DNA of 64,000 nt from an uncultured Caldisericota bacterium (GTDB lineage: Bacteria; Caldisericota; Caldisericia; UBA6126), in assembly GCA_964493625.1 (NCBI GenBank), contig CAZBOU010000003.1:42677-106676 (forward strand). Reading direction: 5' to 3'. The translations under genes were made by a program, and so were the position numbers. The notes below the pieces were generated by a model. The model searched no databases. It worked only from the letters and a program-made list of their open reading frames with translations, and was not told the DNA's origin. This document shows, piece by piece, positions 36,390 to 45,672 of this stretch; positions within the stretch are counted from its first letter, which is position 1; each line of letters starts with the position of its first letter.

Positions 36390-37588
36390 AATTTGTTGTC
36401 CAAAAGTATGGCGGCAGTTCATTAAAAGATAAAAAGTGTATAGAAAAAGTGTTAGAAAAGATTCAAAACACAAAGAAGGATTTTGATAAGATTATTGTCG
36501 TTGTTTCAGCCATGGGAAAAACAACCAATGATTTAATGGAGATGGTTCGTTCCTTTACTACCAAGAAGCATCCTCGAGAAATGGATATGCTTTTAACAAC
36601 GGGGGAGCAGATATCTGCATCCATTTTAACCATGGTTCTTCAAGAACATGGGCTATCCAGTGTATCTTTTAATGCTTATCAAGCAGGGATACGAACGAAT
36701 CAAAAGTGGGGAAGAGCAAACATACAAAAAGTCAACACAAAATTTCTCCGTAAAAAACTCGAAAAATACGATGTTATTGTAATTACCGGTTTTCAAGGAA
36801 TAACCAATCAAAATGAAATTACTACCCTGGGCCGAGGTGGATCAGACACTACTGCAGTAGCCCTAGCTGCATCGTTAGGTTGTCCTTGTCACATTTTCAG
36901 CGATGTAGATGGTGTATATACAATTGATCCTGCTATATATCCTGAAGCAAAAAAACTCGATTACATCAGCTACGAAGAAATGCTTGAAATGTCAAGACAA
37001 GGCTCTGGTGTTCTACACGATCGATCGGTTGAAATAGCACAAAAGTTTGACATTCCTATATATTGTGCCTCAACATTTAGTGACAAAGGAGGAAGCATGA
37101 TTTTTCGCACGATCGAAACGATTCACAGCAAACCTGTCATCGGAATCAGTGTTTTGGACAAACAATGGTTGATTACTGCAAGAACAAATGGCGCAGATCC
37201 AAATTTTCTGAAAACCATAACGGATGTTCTTCAAAAGTATTCTTTAAACATTGACATGATTGCTCTTTCCAATCACACAGAAAACTGGTCTTTGTCGATG
37301 ACAGTATGGGAAGATGATTATGAAACTGCCCAAGACACATTGGAAGAGGCACAAAAAGTTCTTACATCAATGTCGCAATCTGTTATTGTGCAAGGGAATT
37401 TATCCAAAATTACATTGGTAGGATCAAACATGAGAAAGACTGTTGGAGTGACTGATATGATTTTTGAAGTCATACCACCCAACGATATTTATATGATTAC
37501 TACATCGGAGGTTAGTATATCTCTATTGGTGTCTAGCGATAAAGCAAACAAAACGATAGCAAATCTTGCTAGGAGGTTTTCATTGTGA
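36386..37588 (+). CDS. lysC: Aspartate kinase
   Basis: The protein is 400 aa. It has the N-terminus KFVVQKYGGSSL and C-terminal ACT domains. Confidence 0.9.
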   Translation: MKFVVQKYGGSSLKDKKCIEKVLEKIQNTKKDFDKIIVVVSAMGKTTNDLMEMVRSFTTKKHPREMDMLLTTGEQISASILTMVLQEHGLSSVSFNAYQAGIRTNQKWGRANIQKVNTKFLRKKLEKYDVIVITGFQGITNQNEITTLGRGGSDTTAVALAASLGCPCHIFSDVDGVYTIDPAIYPEAKKLDYISYEEMLEMSRQGSGVLHDRSVEIAQKFDIPIYCASTFSDKGGSMIFRTIETIHSKPVIGISVLDKQWLITARTNGADPNFLKTITDVLQKYSLNIDMIALSNHTENWSLSMTVWEDDYETAQDTLEEAQKVLTSMSQSVIVQGNLSKITLVGSNMRKTVGVTDMIFEVIPPNDIYMITTSEVSISLLVSSDKANKTIANLARRFSL

Positions 37589-38739
37589 ACATTTCCATAT
37601 ACAACTCTTTTCCTATCCAAGTTAAAAAGGCTATAGGTTGCATGATTGAAAGTACCGAAGGCGTATCGTATGTAGATACGTTTTCAGGAATAGGTGTCAT
37701 GTTATTAGGTCATAGTTATGAACCTGTGCTAGAAAGCATCCGAAACAGAATACAAGATTATATGCACCTTTCCAATTACTTTCCCGTAGAAGATGCTACC
37801 AGTGTTGAGAATATTTTGCTATCGGCTACCGAAATGAAGCAAGGGGGGTTGTTTTATACAAATTCTGGTACAGAAGCTACAGAAGCGGCTTTACGGATTG
37901 TTAAAAAGAGAGAAACATGTTCCAAGAAAACCATTATTCACTTCTCCGGAAGTTTTCATGGAAGAACGCTTGGTTCTCTATCTCTTCTTAGAGATGGACC
38001 CGTAAAAGAACGTTTTGGATCTCTTTTACCAAACATTCAATCTCTTGAGTGGAACGATGAAGAAGCCCTTGATACATATATGAATGCAAATGGTCAAGAA
38101 GTATTGGCCATCTTTGTTGAGCCTATACAAGGTTCCGGTGGCATTCGTATTATATCCGACTCAATGGCCGAGAAGTTAAAGCACTACCAGAAACGATACA
38201 ATATTCTTCTTGTTTGTGATGAAATCCAATCTGGTTTAGGTAGAACTGGAAAGTGGTTTGCTTTCCAACATTGGGGATTGCAGCCAGATATTGTTCTTGT
38301 TGGCAAAGGTCTTGGCGGGGGTCTTCCTTTAGGAGCAACCATCTTCTCTGAGGAGCTCCGATATGAGTTTTTACCTGGTGATCATGGATCTACATTCGCG
38401 CCCAATCCAGTAGCGCTAGCAGCAGCAAAAACTGTCCTTAGCGAAATACCGCCAAGCATTTCACATATTCAAAAATTGACACCATGGGTACAAGAAACTA
38501 TTTGTACAATGCTAGGTAGTTTCATCAAAGACTACCGACAAAAAGGCTTTATGATAGGAATAGATCCTATTCAATCCACAAAAGAAATGGTTCAAATTGG
38601 TCGAGAATACCATCATGTTCTTTTAAATGTTACGTATAACGGAACTATACGATTGCTACCTCCGTTAAATACAACAAAAGAAGATTGGAGTTTGATGATT
38701 ACCCCTTTACAAAAAACATTGCAGCAGTGTAACCTATGA
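37585..38739 (+). CDS. Class-III (ArgD-like) PLP aminotransferase, probable N-acetyl-LL-diaminopimelate aminotransferase
   Basis: The protein has the motifs DEIQSGLGRTGKWFAFQHW and GSGGIRI of acetylornithine/succinyl-DAP aminotransferases. It sits in the lysine operon between lysC and lysA. Confidence 0.65.
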   Translation: MNISIYNSFPIQVKKAIGCMIESTEGVSYVDTFSGIGVMLLGHSYEPVLESIRNRIQDYMHLSNYFPVEDATSVENILLSATEMKQGGLFYTNSGTEATEAALRIVKKRETCSKKTIIHFSGSFHGRTLGSLSLLRDGPVKERFGSLLPNIQSLEWNDEEALDTYMNANGQEVLAIFVEPIQGSGGIRIISDSMAEKLKHYQKRYNILLVCDEIQSGLGRTGKWFAFQHWGLQPDIVLVGKGLGGGLPLGATIFSEELRYEFLPGDHGSTFAPNPVALAAAKTVLSEIPPSISHIQKLTPWVQETICTMLGSFIKDYRQKGFMIGIDPIQSTKEMVQIGREYHHVLLNVTYNGTIRLLPPLNTTKEDWSLMITPLQKTLQQCNL

Positions 38740-39941
38740 AACCACTATTAGAAAAGATTGCCAATACCGTAAACACACCCTTCTTCCTCTATCATGAATC
38801 TATGATTCAATCTCGGATAGAAGATGTTCTAAACGTCTTTTCTGCCGTAGATTTTCAGCCAACATTTGCTGTAAAAGCAAATGCAAACCCCTTTCTATTG
38901 TCTATGTTCCATGCATACGGAATTGGTGCCGATTTTATTTCCAGAGGCGAATTCGAATCATCTCGAGCTGGGGGTATACCTACTAGTAAAATGACCTGGA
39001 ATGGAAATGTGAAGTCGGAAGATGATATGCTCTTTTTTTCCAAACAAGGTATTCAAAATGTAAATATAGATTCCATAGAGGAACTTCAAAAGTGGGGACG
39101 CTTGAAAAAAAATCGCAATATACCCCTACCATCCCTATTTTTACGTATTAACCCATCGATCGAAGTATCTACTCATCCCTATATTAAGACTGGAATGAAG
39201 CAACACAAATTTGGGATTTCTTTGCATGATATTGATACCTGTTTACGCATTGCTCAAGAAGTTGGTTTACCCTTGCAAGGATTCCATATTCATATAGGAT
39301 CGCAGATAACCGACTCAAATTCCTTTGAAAAAGCGTATTTAACCATATCAAAACTATCGCGGCAATATGGTTTTTCAGACATAAATATAGGCGGAGGATG
39401 GGGTATTCCCTATTTTGATGGAAAACAGCTAGACCTAAAACATATGAAATCGATTGTTACATCCTTGTTTTCCCATTTTCGTATTTGGTGTGAATTAGGT
39501 CGCTACTTGATCGGTGAAGCTGGTTGGTATATTGTACGAGCTTGCGAAAATCGTGATTCAGAAATAGAAACAATGTGTATTACAGACGGAGGTATGAATC
39601 ATCTGCTTCGACCTTCTTTGTACAAAGCTCATCACTCATTTAGTTCAACAGATCCAATCTCACAAAAGAAATCTGTTCGCATAATGGGTCGACTTTGTGA
39701 AACAGGTGATATACTTGTACCATCGACCGTTCAAATTTGTCCTAAGGAAGGTTCGCTTATTGCCATTCACCAAAGTGGGGCCTACGGTTTTTCTATGGCT
39801 AACCACTACAATGGTTTTCCTCTTCCAGCTGAAGTTTTCCTATCCCAAAATGGGGAATGGACAATCATACGAAAAGCTGAATCAAACTCCCGTTTTTTGG
39901 ATCAGTGCAACCTAGGAGAACGCTATGATATCACCCACTGA
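38736..39941 (+). CDS. lysA: Diaminopimelate decarboxylase
   Basis: The protein is 401 aa and has the fold-III PLP decarboxylase signature FAVKANANP, which contains the PLP-lysine, together with a GGG motif. Confidence 0.85.
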   Translation: MKPLLEKIANTVNTPFFLYHESMIQSRIEDVLNVFSAVDFQPTFAVKANANPFLLSMFHAYGIGADFISRGEFESSRAGGIPTSKMTWNGNVKSEDDMLFFSKQGIQNVNIDSIEELQKWGRLKKNRNIPLPSLFLRINPSIEVSTHPYIKTGMKQHKFGISLHDIDTCLRIAQEVGLPLQGFHIHIGSQITDSNSFEKAYLTISKLSRQYGFSDINIGGGWGIPYFDGKQLDLKHMKSIVTSLFSHFRIWCELGRYLIGEAGWYIVRACENRDSEIETMCITDGGMNHLLRPSLYKAHHSFSSTDPISQKKSVRIMGRLCETGDILVPSTVQICPKEGSLIAIHQSGAYGFSMANHYNGFPLPAEVFLSQNGEWTIIRKAESNSRFLDQCNLGERYDITH

Positions 39942-41016
39942 ACTTCGCACATGGATGCATAGCAATCCAGAACCAGCCTTTCATGAAAATAAAATAACCC
40001 ATCTGTTGCTGCAAGAACTTTCTTCCATCCCTTCTGTTAAAACATTCCAACCCCTTGATACAGGGCTCCTGGTTACCTATGAAGGTTCAAAATCTCTTCC
40101 TTATACTCTGATCCGGGCCGACATAGATGCGTTGCCAATATCCAGCGATTGTCCCGGCATTGCAAAAGCCTCTCACCTATGTGGGCATGACGTGCACACA
40201 GCTATTCTCTGGGGAATCCTGAAGAAAGTAATCGATACGATGCCCGAGAAAAATATCCTATTTCTGTTTCAACCCGGAGAAGAATCAGGGGATGGTGCAA
40301 AGAGACTACTTGATTCGAAAATACTCGATCGATGGCGCATTCAGAATTGCTTTGCCTTGCATGTCCATGATAAGCACCCATTGGGTAGTATTGCTACAAA
40401 CGATACAACACTTTTCGCAGCATCGCAAGAAATCGATATTCTGTTCCATGGAAAACAAGGTCATATAACAAGTCCTGAAAAAGGTATTGATGCATGGAAG
40501 GCCTGTGTTCAATTCAGTTCTCTTTGGAATCAGCATGAAAAAAGCGAGGACTTTTTTCTTGGAATAGGACGAGTTGATGCTGGCGTTACACGAAATAGCA
40601 TTCCTGCAGAAGCAGCAATGTACACTACAACGAGAGCAAGAACAATCAAAAACCTGCAAGAACTACTAGAAAAGATTAAGGACACTGTGCATACAACTGA
40701 AAATACAATTGGCGTGAAAGGTACTATAGTGAAGGGCTCCCATTGCCCTCCTGTTCAAAACAATCATGAACTATTTGAAAAAAGTTGCGGCATATTACAA
40801 GATGCATTTCCCATTATACAGACCGATATGGTATGGGCTGCAGAAGATTTTGGATACTTTTCATCGAGATATCCTTGTTTTATGTTTTGGTTAGGCACAC
40901 GTGAACAAAATTCTCACGAAGTTGGTCTTCATCATACCGATTTTTATCCAAGCAACAAAACAATTCAACATGGGATGCAGGCATTTTCGCTTCTATTAGA
41001 TTTGGGAAAGTTTTAA
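39925..41016 (+). CDS. M20D-family amidohydrolase, probable N-acetyldiaminopimelate deacetylase
   Basis: The protein is 363 aa. It has HLCGHDVHT and other metal-ligand motifs of the M20 amidohydrolase family. As the last gene of the lysine operon it completes the acetylase variant of the pathway. Confidence 0.7.
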   Translation: MISPTELRTWMHSNPEPAFHENKITHLLLQELSSIPSVKTFQPLDTGLLVTYEGSKSLPYTLIRADIDALPISSDCPGIAKASHLCGHDVHTAILWGILKKVIDTMPEKNILFLFQPGEESGDGAKRLLDSKILDRWRIQNCFALHVHDKHPLGSIATNDTTLFAASQEIDILFHGKQGHITSPEKGIDAWKACVQFSSLWNQHEKSEDFFLGIGRVDAGVTRNSIPAEAAMYTTTRARTIKNLQELLEKIKDTVHTTENTIGVKGTIVKGSHCPPVQNNHELFEKSCGILQDAFPIIQTDMVWAAEDFGYFSSRYPCFMFWLGTREQNSHEVGLHHTDFYPSNKTIQHGMQAFSLLLDLGKF

Positions 41017-41105
41017 AAGAACTCTCTTAGAACTTAATGAACTTTTATAGATCCTTAGAATTTACTATTTGATGTTTATTTTTTAATTACCCTAAGGAGG
41101 AATAC

Positions 41106-41549
41106 ATGTCTACCGTAACGTTTAAAGCTGTATCAAAACAACTAGAAGGTTTTACCGTCGAAAACGAAACTCGTAATTTCAAAGTTATTATGGATGAACC
41201 AACATCTTTAGGTGGTACCGACAAGGGAATGAATCCTGTAGAGGCAATTTTGTGTGCCTTAGGTTCTTGTCAATGTATTGTTGGAGCTGCTTTTGCCAAA
41301 CAATTTAACATCGAACTAAAGGGTATTTGGGCCGAAATTGAAGGAGACCTTGATCCAGATGGTTTCTTGCAGGGTACACCCGGTATTCCTGTAGGTTTTA
41401 AAGAAGTCCGTATACACTTACATTTAAAAGCTGATGTTGATGAGCAAAAGAAAATGGAATTTGCTCATTTCATTGAATCTCGTTGTCCTGTTGGAAAAAC
41501 CATGGCTCTTCCTACGGATGTAAAAATTGCTAGCGTAGAAGTCGAATAA
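41106..41549 (+). CDS. OsmC/Ohr-family peroxiredoxin-like protein
   Basis: The protein is 147 aa. It has the motif GMNPVEAILCALGSCQC. There is a strong RBS, AAGGAGG. Confidence 0.75.
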   Translation: MSTVTFKAVSKQLEGFTVENETRNFKVIMDEPTSLGGTDKGMNPVEAILCALGSCQCIVGAAFAKQFNIELKGIWAEIEGDLDPDGFLQGTPGIPVGFKEVRIHLHLKADVDEQKKMEFAHFIESRCPVGKTMALPTDVKIASVEVE

Positions 41550-41565
41550 GGGCTCTTTACAATAG

Positions 41566-41594
41566 AAAGGAAGCCTTTCAGAAAGGCTTCCTTT
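41566..41594 (+). terminator. Intrinsic terminator hairpin downstream of osmC
   Basis: The sequence AAAGGAAGCCTTTC / GAAAGGCTTCCTTT is a perfect inverted repeat followed by a T-rich tract (CTATCTCTATC). Confidence 0.55.
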
Positions 41595-41660
41595 CTATCT
41601 CTATCGCTTCAAAAACCATGGTATACTATATGAAATCGTTTTTTGGAGGAACCATTGTAC

Positions 41661-42413
41661 ATGTTAACCAATGTCGAAGATACGATTCGTAAACGCTTTT
41701 CTTGTAGAAACTTTCAATCTAAATGTGTTGATATAACCACGAAACAGAATTTAGAATTGTACCTTTCTACTGAAAAAACGGACACTTTCGAGTTTTTCGT
41801 TGAGTATTCTTCACGCTACCATCGAGACTATATAATTTCTTGTTTGGATTCAACTCAGGTTGATTCTGTCACCTTTGGTTTCCACTTCGAGCGCATTGTT
41901 TTAACTTGCACCCAAATGGACCTAGCCACATGCTGGACTGGCATTTTCCCTCAACATCATTTCAAATCTCTTGTTCCTGCTTCAAATCATCCTTCTGTAG
42001 GAATGATTACTCCCATAGGATATCCTACTAGCATTCCCCCCAAAAAACCGAAAAAGTCGTGGAACGAACTGTTCTTCTATAAAAGAGCAGAAACCCCCCT
42101 TGATCCATCTGTATGTCCTTTGTATCAAGAATGCCTAGAAATGGTTCGTATTGGTCCTTCGGCGATGAATCTTCAACCATGGAGAATTCTATATGATGGT
42201 ACCATGTTTCATTTTTTTCTACAAAGAACCACAGGTCTTATTGGTCTCGGTTTTCAGACATTGTTGCTTGATTTACAGAAAGTTGATATGGGCATCGCTT
42301 TATGCCATTTTGAGTTGACTGCAAAAGAACGGGGTTTAACTGGTGAATGGATAGTATCATCACCAGAAATTCCCAGTGCAAACTGGGAATATATCCAGTC
42401 GTGGAAGTGTTAG
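41661..42413 (+). CDS. Nitroreductase-family protein
   Basis: The motif SAMNLQPWRI is typical of nitroreductases. GGAGGAA lies 9 nt upstream of the chosen ATG. Confidence 0.6.
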   Translation: MLTNVEDTIRKRFSCRNFQSKCVDITTKQNLELYLSTEKTDTFEFFVEYSSRYHRDYIISCLDSTQVDSVTFGFHFERIVLTCTQMDLATCWTGIFPQHHFKSLVPASNHPSVGMITPIGYPTSIPPKKPKKSWNELFFYKRAETPLDPSVCPLYQECLEMVRIGPSAMNLQPWRILYDGTMFHFFLQRTTGLIGLGFQTLLLDLQKVDMGIALCHFELTAKERGLTGEWIVSSPEIPSANWEYIQSWKC

Positions 42414-42443
42414 TCGATCTATTTTATTAACAAGGAGTTTTGA

Positions 42444-42740
42444 ATGGATAATACACACGTAGGCTTAGTTGGTATTGTTGTTTTAAATCGTGAATGTAGT
42501 GCTTCTAAAGTAAACGAAGTGTTGTCAAATCATGCCAACATTATTGTTGGGCGTATGGGCGTTCCTTATGATCAACGCGATGTATCGTTTATTTCTCTTA
42601 TGATTGATGCAAATCAAGAGCAAATTAAATCTTTTGAACAGGATTTAAAAAACATCCATGGTATCAACGTTTCTTCTAATATCGTCGAGATTCCCAAAGA
42701 AGATGGTTGTGGCTGCGGTTGTGGTAGTAGCTGTATGTAA
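42444..42740 (+). CDS. TM1266-family (ACT-like) iron-only hydrogenase system regulator with a C-terminal Cys-Gly tail
   Basis: The protein is 98 aa. It shares IIVGRMGVPY with the next gene. The C-terminal tail reads GCGCGCGSSC. It lies immediately upstream of hydG, hydE and hydF. Confidence 0.6.
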   Translation: MDNTHVGLVGIVVLNRECSASKVNEVLSNHANIIVGRMGVPYDQRDVSFISLMIDANQEQIKSFEQDLKNIHGINVSSNIVEIPKEDGCGCGCGSSCM

Positions 42741-42871
42741 TTATTTCTCTTTCGTTGTATAACAACTTTTAAAATTGATCCTGAGATCAAGGATTCTATC
42801 TGCGATCAGGGGAGTCAATAATTGAAGAATTATTGTATTTCCCACTCCCGGATCCAAAGGAGTGTTTTTTT

Positions 42872-43153
42872 ATGTATCGAGTAGGTATTGTAACAGTCGT
42901 AATTGAAGACCGTGATTCTTCTGTTCAAAAAGTGAACGCCCTTTTTTCAGATTTTGGCCATATTATTGTTGGTCGAATGGGCGTTCCCTATGAAAAAAGA
43001 GATCTTCATTTGATTTGTTTAATGGTGGATGGAACAACCGACGATATCGGTGCACTAACAGGTAAGTTAGGTATGATTCCATGTGTTACCGTTTCTTCAC
43101 ATCTAGTGAAAGCAAAACAATATCAAAAGGAGACATCTCATGCCATTAACTAA
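42872..43153 (+). CDS. TM1266-family iron-only hydrogenase system regulator (second paralogue)
   Basis: The protein is about 93 aa from MYRVGIV. It has the same GIV..V.E.R......VN...S.F..IIVGRMGVPY core as the first copy. There is an AAAGGAG RBS 8 nt upstream. Confidence 0.6.
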   Translation: MYRVGIVTVVIEDRDSSVQKVNALFSDFGHIIVGRMGVPYEKRDLHLICLMVDGTTDDIGALTGKLGMIPCVTVSSHLVKAKQYQKETSHAIN

Positions 43154-44630
43154 TGGAAACTACCAAAAATGGATACAACATGTTGTTGTTCCAAATCAAA
43201 TTGAGAAGTACAAACAAAAAACTCATTTCATCTCCAATGACATTTTTCAGTCCTATCTAGCCGATAAAACTATTCCATCCACCCATTCTGTTCGGGATAT
43301 TCTTCAAAAATCCCTGGCAATTGAAACACTCTCCTTCGAGGATCTATCTACTCTTATGCGAGTGCAAGACCCGACTCTATGGGAGGAGATGTTTCATACA
43401 GCTGAAGAAATCAAAAAGAAAGTATACGACAATCGCATCGTTACATTTGCTCCATTGTATTTGTCGAATTTGTGTGTTAACAACTGTCAGTACTGTGGTT
43501 TTAAGAAAGACAATTCCACCATGACAAGAAAACGACTATCTATGCAGGAAGTAAAAGAAGAAACCAGAGTACTAGTTGGGAAAATAGGTCATAAGCGATT
43601 GATTAGTGTTGTGGGAGAACATCCACTTTCTGACGTAGACTACATTTTAGAATCATTAAACACCATCTATAGCGTGAAAGAAAAAACTCCTCATGGCTAT
43701 GGCAACATACGGCGTGTAAATGTCAATGCAGCACCTATGTCAATAGAAGACTTGCAACAACTAAAACAAGCTGGTATTGGTACATATCAAGTGTTTCAAG
43801 AAACATATCATCAGACTACATACGAAAGAATTCATCCACAGAATACCATTAAGGGTAACTATGAATGGCGATTGTACTGTATGCATCGTGCGCAAGAGGC
43901 TGGTGTAGATGATGTAGGGATAGGTGCGCTCTTTGGATTGTACGATTGGCGTTATGAAATTTTCGGTCTTCTAGCTCATTCAATGGAACTAGAAGAATCG
44001 TTTGGAATTGGCCCTCACACTATTTCTGTACCACGCTTGCAACCTGCAAGCGATACAGATATGTCCATTCATTCTAAGTATGCAGTTAGCGATGAAGATT
44101 TCCGTAAAATTGTTGTTCTCATTCGATTGGCGGTTCCCTATACAGGTTTAATTATTACAGCAAGAGAATCGTCTGCAATATTGAAAAAAATGTACCCTAT
44201 TATGACACAAAGAGACGCTTCAACGAACATCAAAATTGGGGGCTATGAAAAGACTTTTCTTCAAGAAGAGGATGAGCAGCAGTTTATTCTAGGAGATGAT
44301 CGATCCTTGGATGATGTAGTTCGAGAACTTGCAGAAGCAGGCTACATTACCTCATTTTGTACAGCAGGGTATCGTTGCGGACGTACTGGTAAAAAGATTA
44401 TGAACCTACTCCGATGCGGACGAGAAGGACAATTTTGCAAACTAAATGCTATTTTAACATTCCGGGAATGGCTTGATGATTTTGCATCAATCGAAACTAA
44501 GACAGCAGGGGAAAGAATTATTCAAAAAGAAATTCTGGATGTGAAAGAAAACTTTCCCGCTTCCGAAGTCCTAGAATTGTTGAAAGCATACGAAAAAGTG
44601 AAACGAGGTACGCGAGATTTATACTTTTAA
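43140..44630 (+). CDS. hydG: [FeFe]-hydrogenase maturase HydG (ThiH-like radical SAM)
   Basis: The protein is 496 aa. The region NRIVTFAPLYLSNLCVNNCQYCGF matches the HydG/ThiH radical SAM region. Confidence 0.8.
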   Translation: MPLTNGNYQKWIQHVVVPNQIEKYKQKTHFISNDIFQSYLADKTIPSTHSVRDILQKSLAIETLSFEDLSTLMRVQDPTLWEEMFHTAEEIKKKVYDNRIVTFAPLYLSNLCVNNCQYCGFKKDNSTMTRKRLSMQEVKEETRVLVGKIGHKRLISVVGEHPLSDVDYILESLNTIYSVKEKTPHGYGNIRRVNVNAAPMSIEDLQQLKQAGIGTYQVFQETYHQTTYERIHPQNTIKGNYEWRLYCMHRAQEAGVDDVGIGALFGLYDWRYEIFGLLAHSMELEESFGIGPHTISVPRLQPASDTDMSIHSKYAVSDEDFRKIVVLIRLAVPYTGLIITARESSAILKKMYPIMTQRDASTNIKIGGYEKTFLQEEDEQQFILGDDRSLDDVVRELAEAGYITSFCTAGYRCGRTGKKIMNLLRCGREGQFCKLNAILTFREWLDDFASIETKTAGERIIQKEILDVKENFPASEVLELLKAYEKVKRGTRDLYF

Positions 44631-44649
44631 AGAATCGATTCTTCGCTAT

Positions 44650-45672
44650 TTGCAATGTGACAACACTACAAGTTCTACAATGGAAGAAAAGGTGTTGCTT
44701 CATCAGTGTCATTTACTAACAGAAAAGTACTATGGAAAACAAGTTTTTCTACGTGGTATCATTGAGTTTTCAAATTTTTGTTCACAGTCTTGTTGTTATT
44801 GTGGCTTGCGTTCTGAGAACACTTCTATTCCCAGATATCGATTGTCTATTGAAGAGATCATAGAAACAGTTGGTCGTATCTATAAAGATGGCATTCGATC
44901 CGTTGTTTTACAGTCTGGTGAAGATCTTTTCTATACAACTTCTGTTATTGCAGACCTTTGCTCAGAGATCATTCGTTGTTATCCTGATCTAGCAATTACT
45001 TTATCGATTGGTGAACGGGAATCCCCTGCTTATCGTAAGCTTCGAAAAGCAGGAGCTTCTCGTTTTTTAATGAAACACGAAATTGTGAATCCGATTCTTT
45101 ATCGGTCATACCATCCAAAGCAAGAGTTAATCACTCGACTGGGTGCGCAACAATCCATCAGAAAGGCCGGTTTCATTCTTGGTTCTGGCTTTCTAATTGG
45201 CTTACCAGGACAAACAATCACAGATATCTACAATGAGTTCCTTTTTTTGAAACAAAATCGTTTTGATATGTGGGGAATAGGTCTTTTTATACCAGCCGAC
45301 AACACACCACTAGAAAACACTGTCATAGGGAATCCTTCTCTTGTCTATCGATCTATGATCTGCTCGCGGATCTATGAACCTCAAACAATGATCCCTATCA
45401 CAACAGCCTATCATTCAACAGTGGGTGATGATGCTACAATTCTTGCTTTGCGCGATGTAGCCAATGTATATATGATTAACTATACGCCTGATTCCGTAAA
45501 ACATCTCTATAAAATATACAACCACAAGAAGTCACTGTCGTTAGAAAAGACCTGTGACTTGATTCAAAAGGCTGGTAAAAAGCCCACTTTTACAAAAGGA
45601 GAACCATACCGTGTCAACCATCAAAAGTATGCGACTTCATATTGGAATACTCGGACAGACCAATGCAGGTAA
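44650..45672 (+). CDS. hydE: [FeFe]-hydrogenase maturase HydE (BioB-like radical SAM)
   Basis: The region IIEFSNFCSQSCCYCGLRSEN closely matches the HydE signature IIEFSNxCxxxCxYCGLR. Confidence 0.8.
   Translation: MQCDNTTSSTMEEKVLLHQCHLLTEKYYGKQVFLRGIIEFSNFCSQSCCYCGLRSENTSIPRYRLSIEEIIETVGRIYKDGIRSVVLQSGEDLFYTTSVIADLCSEIIRCYPDLAITLSIGERESPAYRKLRKAGASRFLMKHEIVNPILYRSYHPKQELITRLGAQQSIRKAGFILGSGFLIGLPGQTITDIYNEFLFLKQNRFDMWGIGLFIPADNTPLENTVIGNPSLVYRSMICSRIYEPQTMIPITTAYHSTVGDDATILALRDVANVYMINYTPDSVKHLYKIYNHKKSLSLEKTCDLIQKAGKKPTFTKGEPYRVNHQKYATSYWNTRTDQCR

Noticed and set aside
42700-42730. Short tandem GGTTGTGGC-like DNA repeat considered as a micro-repeat or CRISPR-like element
   Set aside because: It is simply the coding sequence for the GCGCGCGSS tail of the first TM1266 paralogue. 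No spacer-repeat periodicity is seen anywhere in the window.
43140-43500. A roughly 110-aa N-terminal extension of HydG before the CxxxCxxC motif, suspected of being a mis-called start
   Set aside because: Characterised HydG proteins also carry about 90-100 residues before the radical SAM cysteines, so the length is normal.
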